Assembly: GCA_965223265.1 (NCBI GenBank)
Contig: OZ244999.1
Coordinates: 5,440,001 to 5,504,000, forward strand
DNA from: Planctomycetota bacterium
GTDB lineage: Bacteria; Planctomycetota; UBA8108; SXIK01
Direction: 5' to 3'
Length of the DNA stretch: 64,000 nucleotides
Positions 49,554-59,498 of this stretch are shown here, one piece after another (within the stretch, counting starts at the first letter, position 1; the number at the start of each line of letters is the position of its first letter). The notes under the pieces are model-generated. The model was not told the DNA's origin and did not search any database. It saw nothing but the letters and a program-made list of their open reading frames with translations. The translations under genes and the position numbers were made by a program.

Positions 49554-50795
49554 GTGAAACGACGCGACTTTCTCAAGACCGGCGGTGTGGCCGCCAGCGC
49601 GCTCTTGGTGGGCGCCAGCCCCGCCGAACAGCACACTCCAGTCCTCAAGCTCCCGTTTCGCGGCGCGATGTATCAGCGCATGAACGGTGAGCTCATCCTC
49701 GTCGGACGCGGCCTCGTCTACTCGACGTCGCACGACGCGGGCATCTCGTGGTCGCGCCCACGTCTTTTCATGAACCGCGGCGAGGCGATTCAAAGCGAGT
49801 CGCACGTGTTGGGATTGCGTCGACTTCGATCCGGCAAAGTCGCGCTCATGTATGGCCGCAGGCAAAGAGTGAACAACTATCACCGTCAGGAGATCTTCTT
49901 TCGCACGTCGGACGATGACGGCCAAACGTGGTCTCCCGAGAACAGCGTCACCCCATTGCCCGGTGACGACCTCTACGCCCTCCATGGCAGCCTCGTGGAA
50001 CTCTCCAGCGGTCGTTTGATCTTGCCGGCGTACACACATTTTTCGCACGAGTACATCGGTCGACCGCGGAACGCCGGAGACACCTGGTTGCCGCACTACA
50101 ACGCGACCCACATGCTCATCTCCGATGACGAGGGAGTGACTTGGGAACCGACGAACGGTCTCTACCTCTGGAAAGACTTTGGCCATGGGGGAATAGCCAG
50201 CTGTGGTGAAGCTTGCCTCGCGGAGACGAAGGACGGCCGTCTTCTGATGCTCGCGCGAACGACGAACATGCGTGCGCTTCGTAGCTACTCGGACGATGGC
50301 GGCGAGACGTGGACCTACGTCGAACTGACCGACCTGTCGAGCTCGGACGCACCGATTCGATTGACGCGCATACCCAAAAGCGGCGACCTGTTGATCGTCT
50401 GGAATCAGGCCACCGCGAGCGAGCAACGCAGCGGCTATGGATACAGCCGCCTCTCCTGTGCGGTCTCAAAGGACTCGGGCAAATCGTGGGAACACTTCCG
50501 CACGCTCGAGCTGTGCCCTGGGATGGCAACAGATGATCGGGTCGACGATCCGGAGCCGCCTCAGTTCGTCCGTGCCGGGGAGAACACTTCGCCTGGGCAG
50601 GTTCCTAACAACTCGGTCCGCGGCATCGTCCGCAGCTCCTACGCCAACGTTCACTTCGTCGGCGACAGAGTTCTCGTGGACCACGAGCACTGGTGGACGC
50701 CAAACCTTTGGGCCGGCAAAGGCGCACGTCGGGACGCGTACCAGAAACTACAAATCCTGCCTCTCAACTGGTTCTACGGCGGCACGAAGAGCTGA
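49554..50795 (+). CDS. Tat-exported BNR/Asp-box (sialidase-family) protein
   Basis: KRRDFLK leader; five SxDxGxxW boxes. Confidence 0.88.
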   Translation: MKRRDFLKTGGVAASALLVGASPAEQHTPVLKLPFRGAMYQRMNGELILVGRGLVYSTSHDAGISWSRPRLFMNRGEAIQSESHVLGLRRLRSGKVALMYGRRQRVNNYHRQEIFFRTSDDDGQTWSPENSVTPLPGDDLYALHGSLVELSSGRLILPAYTHFSHEYIGRPRNAGDTWLPHYNATHMLISDDEGVTWEPTNGLYLWKDFGHGGIASCGEACLAETKDGRLLMLARTTNMRALRSYSDDGGETWTYVELTDLSSSDAPIRLTRIPKSGDLLIVWNQATASEQRSGYGYSRLSCAVSKDSGKSWEHFRTLELCPGMATDDRVDDPEPPQFVRAGENTSPGQVPNNSVRGIVRSSYANVHFVGDRVLVDHEHWWTPNLWAGKGARRDAYQKLQILPLNWFYGGTKS

Positions 50796-50821
50796 CTTCT
50801 GCGTATAGGAACAAGGACACG

Positions 50822-52111
50822 ATGCTTCGCTACCTTCGCTACCCTGAACAAAAAGGTGGACTCGTCGAGCTGCGGGACGGCCGTCTCATGGGCATCATCC
50901 GGGGCCTTCTGAAGTTTTATTCGCACGACCGTGGTCGCACGTGGACCGAACCGGAGGCGGTACTCGACGCCGGCAAACAGATCATCGGCACCGGCGATCC
51001 ACAAGGCGTCTTGCGCTTGCAGTCGGGCGCGCTGGGGATGACCTATCGCCGACCGGTCACCGAGGCCGACTTTCCAAGCGCTGCACCGACTGCACGCAAG
51101 AGACTCGCCGCCGGGCCAGGAGCGCTCTTCTTTCGCAAATCGTACGACGAGGGCGAGACGTGGGGACGAGAAAACCTCGTCGTCGGTCCTGGCGTCGTGT
51201 GGTGGTACGCGCTATCCGACACCATGATCCAGCTGGCGAGCGGTCGCTTGCTGTGGCCACTCTACGGCGGCTCGCGCGGCTATCGGCCAGACCCGATGCC
51301 CAAGGTCGAGGGCCTCGATCGGGGCATCGGTCACCTCTGGTATCCCGAGAACTGCGGTCAGTCGAAGTTCTACTACTCGGACGATGAAGGCGAGACGTGG
51401 AAAGAATCACCTGACGATCTCATGCTGTGGCGCGACAGTGGCAAACACAATCTCGATGCTCTCCACGAAATCACAGCGGCTGAAACTAGTGATGGCCACA
51501 TCGTGGCGTTGGCGCGCTGCGCGCAGTGTCGAGCGGCACAGACTTTTTCCTATGACGGAGGTGTACGCTGGACGCTCCCGGAGCTCAGCGAGCTCAATTC
51601 CTCGAACGCGCCAGTCCGAGTCAAGCGCATCCCATCGACCGGAGACTTGATGGTGGTGTGGAATCAGGTCACGGCCGAGGAACACCGCCACGCCTACAGC
51701 CGCTGCCGACTCTCAGCGGCGATTTCAACCAACGGCGGCGTTACGTGGAAAAACTTTCGCAACATTCACGTCAGCCCCGGCATGGATGAAACGCCGCGCG
51801 TTAGCGATCCGGAACCACCCCACTTCGAGCGCCCAGGTTCGGCGACGCGACCGGACGACCCGCTGGTGAAAAATCCGATTCAAGGACGCGTCCGCGCCTC
51901 GTACGCTAACTTCTACTTCTTCGGCGACGAGGTGTTCATCGAGCACGACTATTGGTTTCGGTCCGACCCATGGGGCACATACGCGGTGCCGAACGAGTGG
52001 AAACATCTGACGAAAAATCGAAACCGCCGTACGAAAGACGGACACCTCCTGGGATCGCTGCCGCGGCGGCTCCACATTCTACCTCTGAAGTGGTTTTACA
52101 GCGGCTCCTGA
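50822..52111 (+). CDS. BNR/Asp-box (sialidase-family) protein without signal peptide; paralog of the upstream gene
   Basis: Five Asp boxes; shares DPEPP, SYAN and ILPLxWFY with the upstream gene. Confidence 0.85.
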   Translation: MLRYLRYPEQKGGLVELRDGRLMGIIRGLLKFYSHDRGRTWTEPEAVLDAGKQIIGTGDPQGVLRLQSGALGMTYRRPVTEADFPSAAPTARKRLAAGPGALFFRKSYDEGETWGRENLVVGPGVVWWYALSDTMIQLASGRLLWPLYGGSRGYRPDPMPKVEGLDRGIGHLWYPENCGQSKFYYSDDEGETWKESPDDLMLWRDSGKHNLDALHEITAAETSDGHIVALARCAQCRAAQTFSYDGGVRWTLPELSELNSSNAPVRVKRIPSTGDLMVVWNQVTAEEHRHAYSRCRLSAAISTNGGVTWKNFRNIHVSPGMDETPRVSDPEPPHFERPGSATRPDDPLVKNPIQGRVRASYANFYFFGDEVFIEHDYWFRSDPWGTYAVPNEWKHLTKNRNRRTKDGHLLGSLPRRLHILPLKWFYSGS

Positions 52112-52155
52112 GCGCTCCGGGCGAGCCGACGACGCAACGCGCTCGCCTACTTAGC

Positions 52156-52322
52156 TTAGCAGCCCGTTGAAAAAGTCATTCGGCTGAGAAACCGGCCTCT
52201 TCACGCCCAGATCAGCCGCGGCGAGCCTCGAAAATCTCGGAGATTACCTGCGTTCGCCGCGGCTGATCTGGACGCGAAGCGACCAGTTTTCAGCTCGAAG
52301 CGCTTTTTCAACAGGCTGTTAG
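52156..52322. mobile_element. Palindromic MITE with IS1182-like terminal inverted repeats
   Basis: TTAGCAGCCCGTTGAAAAAG ... CTTTTTCAACAGGCTGTTAG ends; inner CCAGATCAGCCGCGGCGA / TCGCCGCGGCTGATCTGG perfect stem. Confidence 0.75.
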
Positions 52323-52436
52323 GGTGACTCGATCGGCGCTGGTGATCAATCGAAGCGCCAGCGATGTTCAACACCAAACCACTGCTCGGCGCTGAATCAT
52401 TCACTGTCCAGTATCGCTTCGCCTGTCCGACCCCCA

Positions 52437-55400
52437 TCAGCGGAACTGTGCTGCTTGCCGGTCGCCCCGCGACAGAAGATAGGCCAACAGATCGAGAACC
52501 TCGTCTTGGTTCAGCGGGTTGAGTAAACCAGCCGGCATCATCGACGTGGGGGACGGCATCATCTGTAGCACGTCCCCGCTGTTGATCGTTGTTAGGTCGT
52601 CTGGTTTCGTCATGTCCGTGTTAACGATGTAGCGCTCGCCGCTCATGTTGACGATGCGTCCGGTGTGGACCGAACCATCAAGGGTGACAAACGTCGTCGC
52701 CTCGTATTGATCCGAGACCGTCTTGCTCGGCTCGACGATCGACTCAATCAGATCGCGCACGCTGAAACGGCCGGCGACCCCAGTGAGGTCTGGACCGGTC
52801 GAGCCGCCGCGTCCGGCGAAGCGGTGGCACTGAAAGCAATAGGCTGCCGAGAACATCTTCTCGCCAGCCTCAAAGCTACGGCCGCGAAGACCAGCCTCTG
52901 CGATGCGGCTGAGCTGCTCGATCTGCCATTCCCGCCCCGGCCCCGTCGGCTTAGGGAGCTGAGCGAACGCCTCAGCGCTTGAAGCCTCGACGAGCACGTC
53001 TGCGAGCGACTCTTTCTCTGACGCGGTGAGGTTTTCAACCGCCTCCTTCTTTATGTTGCGGACGAAACCGTTGAAGCTATGACCGCCGAAAAAGCCTTGG
53101 GCTTTGCTAAACCACTCGAAGTAGGCACGGCGCGCCGACGCTGTCCAACCGCTCTTCATGTTGCGCAGGGCGAGGGCGTAGCCGATTTGCTCTTCCTGCG
53201 TCGGTGCGTTCCGCATGAGCTCGACCGTCTTGCTCGCCACGTGCGGCGCCTCGAGATAGATGAGCAGCTGGCTCAGCTCGCGATTGAGGGGCTCCGATGT
53301 CGCTGGATAGAGCGGATTGAAACGAAGAGCAAGACGCGACGCCGTCGCCGCGTCGGGCCTCCCCATGCGGATGAACGCCAGTCCGTAGGCCCGCAAGAGG
53401 CCGAGTTGCTGCTGCTCGCTGAGCGAACGCCAGTGGATGCGTTCAAGCGCCTCGATGAGCTGCGGCCGCAGCGATGCGCCGCCATGACGCGCCAGTGCGA
53501 TCGCACCTTCGATCAGAACCCGTGGTTCGTTCGCCTCGAGGATTCTCTGTTGCCACGTGGCGACAGGCTGATGTTCCAAGGCGATGCGCGCCGCGTAACG
53601 TACGAATCGGTCCGGGTGCGCAAGAGCGGCAACCGCTGCTGCTACCGCGCGCTCGTCGCGGCGGCCGTGAAACGCCTCCAGCTTACGCCGCAGGTCGCGC
53701 GCTGGGCTCGCGGGCACGCGCTTCGAAAAGTCTTGGACAGGATCCGGCTTTTCATGCGTGACGCGATAGAGGCCCGATTGAGCGCGGCGGCCGCCCACCG
53801 TGAAGTAGAGCGCGCCGTCGTGCGGATTCGCGACGACGTCGCTCACCGGCAGAGGCGTACCGGCGACGAACTGCTCCACCTCGCCGCGCCACGTAGCCCC
53901 ATCTTCGCTCAGGTGTACGGCGAAGATCTTGCCGTACGACCAGTCGCACATGAAAAGTGCCTGCTGGTACTTGCTAGGAAACTTCGTGCCGTACCCAAAA
54001 GCGATTCCCGTCGGTGATCCCGGCCCAATGTCAACGACGCTGCCCAGATTGTCCGGATAGTACGTCGGCCATTTCGCCGTCCCCGAACGCCAACCGTACT
54101 CACCGCCACTGACGACGTGGTTGACGCGTGTCGGCCGGTACCATGCCGTGCCGACGTCCCACTCCATATCGGCGTCAAAGGTGAACAGATCCCCGGCGGC
54201 GTTGAACGCAGCATCGAACTCGTTACGAAATCCGTTGGCGAAGAGCTCCCACTCTTTCCCTTCCGGGTCGGTGCGTGCAATCCAGCCGCCCGGCGCCAGC
54301 TTGCCGCGAGCGTGCCCCGTCGCGTCCCATTGGCGCCCGAGAAGAACGTCCTCGTCCCACACCCGAGGCACCACAGACTTCTCGGGGTCGGGAATGTCGG
54401 TGTGGTTTCCGCCCACAATGTAGAGAGACCTGCCGTCAGGGCTCAGAAGCACCGCATGCGGACCATGCTCGCCGCCGCCTTTGATCTTGCGCAATAGCTT
54501 GACGTCGTCGTAGACGTCGTCGCCGTCTGTATCACGAACGCGATACAGTCCGCCGCGCCGATTCTCGTTGCCGACGACGTAAAGACTATCAAACGCACAG
54601 AGGAGGCCGTGAGCGCCGCCAACGTCGAGGTCGATCTTCTCAATCTTCGGCAAGGTGGACGCACCGGCGGCCGGTGGGGTGACCCGATAAAGTCCGCCGT
54701 ACTGGTCGGAGACGATCAGTCGCCCCTTCGGATCCGGCGTCAGGTTGACCCACGATCCGTGCTCTTCCTTCGGCACGGAGTAGAGGAGTTCCACTTTGAA
54801 ACCCGGCAGCGTCTGCAGCTTCTGTGCCGCGGTGGCACGAATCGCAAGAGGCTGCACAGTACTCGTAATCCCCCAGACCGACACCGCTCGCCCAAACGGT
54901 TCGCCGCCAGCCGGTGCGATCTCCCACGGTGTGGCCCATCCGGCAGCCGCGAAGTCGCTTCTGCGCCAGCCGTCCGCCGCTAGCGTGTGGGCCTGCCAGC
55001 CGCTGTCAGTGACGATCACCTGCTCGCCACCGTCTTCGCTTTCAATCGCCAGGTGGGCAAGAAAGCCTGCCTTCGAACCTGTGTTCTGCACTTCCGCGGC
55101 AATCACGTTGTCGCCGATGCGCAGCTTGCCCGCGATGTCGGCGCGTGCCGGTGGGTTGACGGTACGGCTCGTAAGAACCTCTTCGCCGTTGACATAAACC
55201 GTCGCCGAGTTGTCCACCGCGACAGCGAGCGTAGCTTTTCGGGCTTTCTTGCTGATGGGCACTACTTTGCGCAGATAGATCGTACCATCCTTGATCTCCC
55301 GCCCACTCCAAATCCATTTCGGCACGGCGGGCGGATCAAGAAAGCCCAAGTGCTGCATCCAGTCGCGAGCCAGAGCAGGCCAGCTACGCGTCGTCTCATC

Positions 55401-56213
55401 GCGATCGAGTCCGACTCCGTGCCGGCCAGACCGATAGACGTGCAGCTCTGCGTCAATGCCAGTTTTCCGCAGCGCCTTGTAGTAAAGAAGGCTGTTCTCA
55501 ACAACAACCGGACGGTCGGTGGTGGTATGGAACAGGAAGGCCGGCGGTGTGTCCTTGCTGACCTGGAGCTCCAGCGAAAGCTGCTGGACGAGGTCCGCAG
55601 GAGCCGGTTCGCCGAGGAGGTTGCGGCGCGAGCCGCGATGAGTGTGAGGGTCGGTGAGAGTGATGACTGGGTACGCAAGAATCGAAAAATCCGGCCGCGA
55701 CGAAACCCGAGAGATCGCATCGTCGGAGTCTTCGTCGCCTGGGACAAACAGCGTCGACGCCGACGCCGCGAGGTGGCCTCCGGCAGAAAAGCCAAGGACG
55801 CCGATGCGATCGGGCGAAAGTTCGAAGCGCACCGAACTGGCTCGGACGAACTGAAGCGCGCGCCGCACGTCCTGAAGCGGCGCCGGATGACCGTATCGCG
55901 GCGCGTGCCGGTACTTGAGCACCACGCCGGTGACGCCAAACGAATTCAGCCAGCGGCCGACCTCATGCCCCTCCTTGTCGATCGCGAGACCGCCGTATCC
56001 TCCTCCAGGACAGATGACGACCGCAGCTCCGACGTTCGATTCGGCCGGTGGCCGATGCACGAAGAGTAAGGGGATGTCCGCCGCGCTCTCCCCCACTGCG
56101 CCCGGGACACCGAGCGGCCAAAGCGGCACAGGTTGCGGCACGTTCGCATCGTCAGCGTACGTGTGGTCAGCGGCGGTCAGGATGAACAAGAGAAGAGTGA
56201 CAAGTTGGCGCAT
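52437..56213 (-). CDS. Multidomain secreted protein: alpha/beta esterase, CBM-like module, PVC-type dehydrogenase propeller, HEAT and cytochrome c
   Basis: CPGGGY, GFSAGGH, HGVG; WIW...AVDN; GEHGPHA, GFRN, DADMEWD; CFQCH, GPDLT, SMMPAGL. Confidence 0.88.
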   Translation of the reverse strand: MRQLVTLLLFILTAADHTYADDANVPQPVPLWPLGVPGAVGESAADIPLLFVHRPPAESNVGAAVVICPGGGYGGLAIDKEGHEVGRWLNSFGVTGVVLKYRHAPRYGHPAPLQDVRRALQFVRASSVRFELSPDRIGVLGFSAGGHLAASASTLFVPGDEDSDDAISRVSSRPDFSILAYPVITLTDPHTHRGSRRNLLGEPAPADLVQQLSLELQVSKDTPPAFLFHTTTDRPVVVENSLLYYKALRKTGIDAELHVYRSGRHGVGLDRDETTRSWPALARDWMQHLGFLDPPAVPKWIWSGREIKDGTIYLRKVVPISKKARKATLAVAVDNSATVYVNGEEVLTSRTVNPPARADIAGKLRIGDNVIAAEVQNTGSKAGFLAHLAIESEDGGEQVIVTDSGWQAHTLAADGWRRSDFAAAGWATPWEIAPAGGEPFGRAVSVWGITSTVQPLAIRATAAQKLQTLPGFKVELLYSVPKEEHGSWVNLTPDPKGRLIVSDQYGGLYRVTPPAAGASTLPKIEKIDLDVGGAHGLLCAFDSLYVVGNENRRGGLYRVRDTDGDDVYDDVKLLRKIKGGGEHGPHAVLLSPDGRSLYIVGGNHTDIPDPEKSVVPRVWDEDVLLGRQWDATGHARGKLAPGGWIARTDPEGKEWELFANGFRNEFDAAFNAAGDLFTFDADMEWDVGTAWYRPTRVNHVVSGGEYGWRSGTAKWPTYYPDNLGSVVDIGPGSPTGIAFGYGTKFPSKYQQALFMCDWSYGKIFAVHLSEDGATWRGEVEQFVAGTPLPVSDVVANPHDGALYFTVGGRRAQSGLYRVTHEKPDPVQDFSKRVPASPARDLRRKLEAFHGRRDERAVAAAVAALAHPDRFVRYAARIALEHQPVATWQQRILEANEPRVLIEGAIALARHGGASLRPQLIEALERIHWRSLSEQQQLGLLRAYGLAFIRMGRPDAATASRLALRFNPLYPATSEPLNRELSQLLIYLEAPHVASKTVELMRNAPTQEEQIGYALALRNMKSGWTASARRAYFEWFSKAQGFFGGHSFNGFVRNIKKEAVENLTASEKESLADVLVEASSAEAFAQLPKPTGPGREWQIEQLSRIAEAGLRGRSFEAGEKMFSAAYCFQCHRFAGRGGSTGPDLTGVAGRFSVRDLIESIVEPSKTVSDQYEATTFVTLDGSVHTGRIVNMSGERYIVNTDMTKPDDLTTINSGDVLQMMPSPTSMMPAGLLNPLNQDEVLDLLAYLLSRGDRQAAQFR

Positions 56214-56378
56214 GGTATCTTTCAGCTTGACTGGGACATTGAGAACCGTGCCGAATCGACGCGACCATCGTGCCGTCGGATCTTCACGGCGAAGACGAAC
56301 GTCAACGTGTGCCCGGGAGCTGGGCCAGGTCGGGCATTGTAGCAGATGATTCGCCGCAACCGAATGCAGAGAGGTCGC

Positions 56379-56421
56379 GAGTTCGGGTGGCTGTCGGGTC
56401 GCTGTCGGGTCGCTGTCGGGT
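56379..56421. repeat. 11-bp direct repeats (GCTGTCGGGTC) in a divergent promoter region
   Basis: TCGGGT at 56383, 56394, 56405 and 56416. Confidence 0.7.
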
Positions 56422-56594
56422 GGGCGCCAGGGCGAACGGCACCGATTCTTCGCGACCTTCTGACTCCAATGCCGCTCGGGCCGCACCGCTGAGGCATTTT
56501 GATTAAGTTTTGCTCGAAACGGCTAGCGCTGTTTCGCGAAAATGTAGCTTCGACGCTCGAACCGTTCCAGACTCCCGAGAGCGAATGATCAACG

Positions 56595-59441
56595 ATGCTT
56601 CACAGATTCACACTCGCGTGTCTCGCTAGTTTGTCTGGCTTCTTCGTGCTGGTTCGTGCCGCGGACGAACCGAGCCCACAGCCAGAGTTCAGCGCCGAGA
56701 ACATCGAGTTCTTCGAGTCGAAGATTCGCCCGGTGCTGGTCGAAGAGTGCTACGAATGTCACAGTACACGCTCCGCGACTGTCGAGGCGGGCTTGACGCT
56801 CGACAGCCGCGCCGCGCTCATCGAGGGCGGCGACAGCGGCGCGGTGATCGCGCCGGGGAGCCCGGAAGAAAGCTTGCTGATCCAAGCGATCAGCTACCGC
56901 AGCGAAACTTTGGCCATGCCGCCGCAGCGCAAGCTCACGGCCGAAGTGCAGCGAGACTTTGCGACCTGGGTTCGCCTGGGAGCTCCGTGGCCTCCGGGAG
57001 AGACTCCTTCGACTCGCGCCGACGCGGCAGCATGGGACTGGCCAACAATCCGCGAGGCTCATTGGGCGTGGCGACCGGTCGCGCAGCCGGAACCGCCGCC
57101 GGTACGTGACCAAGATTGGCCGCGCTCAGAACTCGACCATTTTGTCTTGGCGCGGTTGGAGGCGTCCGGCCTCACTCCTGCACCGGCAGTTGATCGACGG
57201 ACGCTGATTCGGCGCGCGTACTTCGACCTATTGGGTTTACCGCCGACGCCACGGGAGGTTGATGCGTTCCTCGTCGACACCAGCGACCGAGCTTTTGAGA
57301 AGGTCATTGACCGTCTGCTCGCCGATGCCGCCTACGGCGAACGCTGGGGCCGTCACTGGCTCGATGTGGCACGCTACAGTGACGGCTTCGGAGCTTTTTC
57401 AGATCAGCGGCCGAGGGAATTCGCCTATCGATTTCGTGATTGGGTCACCGAAGCTCTGGCGCTGGACACTCCGTACGACCTCTTCGTGAAGTACCAGATC
57501 GCCGGCGATCTCATCGCTGGCGGCGAACATGCCGCGGCAACTGGCTTTTTCGCGCTCGGCCCGACGTACCGTTCGGACGGAGGTGCGCCGGAGAGCGTAG
57601 CACAAGCGCGCGCCGAGACGCTCGACGATCGTGTCGACACACTCTCACGCGGTTTCATGGCTCTGACCGTGTCCTGTGCTCGGTGTCACGACCACAAATT
57701 CGATCCCGTGCCAACGCAGGACTACTACTCGCTCGCGGGCGTGTTCAATAACAGCAAAGAGTTCGACAAACCGACGGCGCCCGAAGAGGTCGTTCAGCGC
57801 TACGACGACGCACAAGCTGCCATCCGCGCGGCAGAACAGAAACGGCGTGACCGCTCGAATGCCCTGAGGCGGCGGGAAGAAAAACGGCTTCAGCGTCGCG
57901 TCGGAATCTATGTCAACGCCGCGTTGGCATTCGTCTTGAAGTACGGTACTTCGGCCTCTCCGGAAGGGCGATCAGCCTACGCCGCCGACAACGATTTAGT
58001 CGGTCAGGTGCTCGATCGCTGGGTCGGCTTTCTGTCGACGCCGAACAACCGCGGGCGACTGCCGCGACTTGACCCTCTCTTTGACGCACTGCACAGCAGT
58101 GCACAGCCCTCGACCAGCGGCGACGATCGCCAGTCTTTAGACCCTGATCTTGCAGAGGCGATTGACGCCTTTGAGTCCAACGTCGTCCGACTTCTGGAGC
58201 GTCAGGAGGCTCAGCGGCGGGATCAGAAATCGACAGGAGAAGGTCCGAAGAACGAGGCCGAGGCAAGCGACACGGAATCCAAGGTACTCTTCGAGATCAT
58301 CGATCCACTCTGCTCGCTCAACCGAGCCTTCCGAAATCTCCTGAACGAAACAGAACGACAAGAGCTCGATGATCTGCTCGCCCGGCGAACGCAACTCGAA
58401 GAAAACGCACCACCGAAGTACCCGGTTCTGCACACAATCGCTGACAGTGGCAGCGCCGACATGCGCGTCGCACTGCGCGGTAATCCACTCAAGTTTGGCG
58501 AACTCGCGCCGCGCCGTTTTCTGCGATTGATTGCTGGAGACGCCCCCCAACTCTTCACGCGCGGCAGCGGTCGTCTGGATCTCGCCGACGCCGTCGCTCG
58601 CGCGGACAATCCGCTCACCGCGCGTGTCATCGTTAATCGCGCTTGGCTTCATCACTTTGGGAGAGCCCTTGTGCGTTCGCCCAGCAATTTTGGGACTCTC
58701 GGCGAGCGACCGACCCACCCGCTTCTCTTGGATTGGCTCGCGACCAAACTCATCCAGAACGGCTGGTCCCTCAAAGCTTTCCACCGCGCCGTCATGCTCT
58801 CCGCCACCTACCGCATGAGCAGCGACTTCGATGCGGATCATTTCGCCCGGGACGGCGACAACCGCCTCGTTTGGCGCACGAATCCACGTCGCCTCGACGT
58901 CGAAGCTTGGCGCGACAGCGTGCTCGCCGTGACCGCAACCCTCGATCGTCGACTCGGCGGCCAACCGACGCAGGAGCTACTCGAAGGCCGACGTCGGACC
59001 CTTTATTCAATTGTCAGCCGCAATCAAGATCGCTTCGAGTCCGACGCGTTTCTCCTGCTGTTCGATTTTCCGAGCCCCCGTATCACAAGTGCCCGCCGCA
59101 CCGTGAGCACCGTGCCGCAACAGTTCTTGTTCCTGCTCAACAGCGAGTTCATGGTCAATAGCGCGAAGAAACTCGCAGCGCAACTCGTCGCCAGCTCTGA
59201 AACAGACTCCGCACGCATCAACACGGCGTATGCGCTCCTCTTCGCACGCCAACCCAGTGCCGCGGAGAGGCACGCGGCACTTGAGTTTCTGCAGACAACC
59301 CCAGCGCAGTCATCGACGGCTCCAGTTTCGGCTCCGACCGCACCAGAGCGGGCGGCCAACTCACGCCCGGCAGGGTTGACCCTGTGGGAACAATATGCTC
59401 AGGTGTTGTTGAGCTCGCACGAATTCCGATCGGTTCGTTAG
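56595..59441 (+). CDS. PSD1 and planctomycete cytochrome c domain protein (DUF1549/DUF1553)
   Basis: FFESKIRPVL..CYECH, YGERWGRHWLDVARY, CARCHDHKFDP, NPLTARVIVNR. Confidence 0.93.
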   Translation: MLHRFTLACLASLSGFFVLVRAADEPSPQPEFSAENIEFFESKIRPVLVEECYECHSTRSATVEAGLTLDSRAALIEGGDSGAVIAPGSPEESLLIQAISYRSETLAMPPQRKLTAEVQRDFATWVRLGAPWPPGETPSTRADAAAWDWPTIREAHWAWRPVAQPEPPPVRDQDWPRSELDHFVLARLEASGLTPAPAVDRRTLIRRAYFDLLGLPPTPREVDAFLVDTSDRAFEKVIDRLLADAAYGERWGRHWLDVARYSDGFGAFSDQRPREFAYRFRDWVTEALALDTPYDLFVKYQIAGDLIAGGEHAAATGFFALGPTYRSDGGAPESVAQARAETLDDRVDTLSRGFMALTVSCARCHDHKFDPVPTQDYYSLAGVFNNSKEFDKPTAPEEVVQRYDDAQAAIRAAEQKRRDRSNALRRREEKRLQRRVGIYVNAALAFVLKYGTSASPEGRSAYAADNDLVGQVLDRWVGFLSTPNNRGRLPRLDPLFDALHSSAQPSTSGDDRQSLDPDLAEAIDAFESNVVRLLERQEAQRRDQKSTGEGPKNEAEASDTESKVLFEIIDPLCSLNRAFRNLLNETERQELDDLLARRTQLEENAPPKYPVLHTIADSGSADMRVALRGNPLKFGELAPRRFLRLIAGDAPQLFTRGSGRLDLADAVARADNPLTARVIVNRAWLHHFGRALVRSPSNFGTLGERPTHPLLLDWLATKLIQNGWSLKAFHRAVMLSATYRMSSDFDADHFARDGDNRLVWRTNPRRLDVEAWRDSVLAVTATLDRRLGGQPTQELLEGRRRTLYSIVSRNQDRFESDAFLLLFDFPSPRITSARRTVSTVPQQFLFLLNSEFMVNSAKKLAAQLVASSETDSARINTAYALLFARQPSAAERHAALEFLQTTPAQSSTAPVSAPTAPERAANSRPAGLTLWEQYAQVLLSSHEFRSVR

Positions 59442-59498
59442 CATGAGTCTCAGCAGTTGACAGGCCGCAATAGACCATAAGCTCGACGGGTGTCTTCG

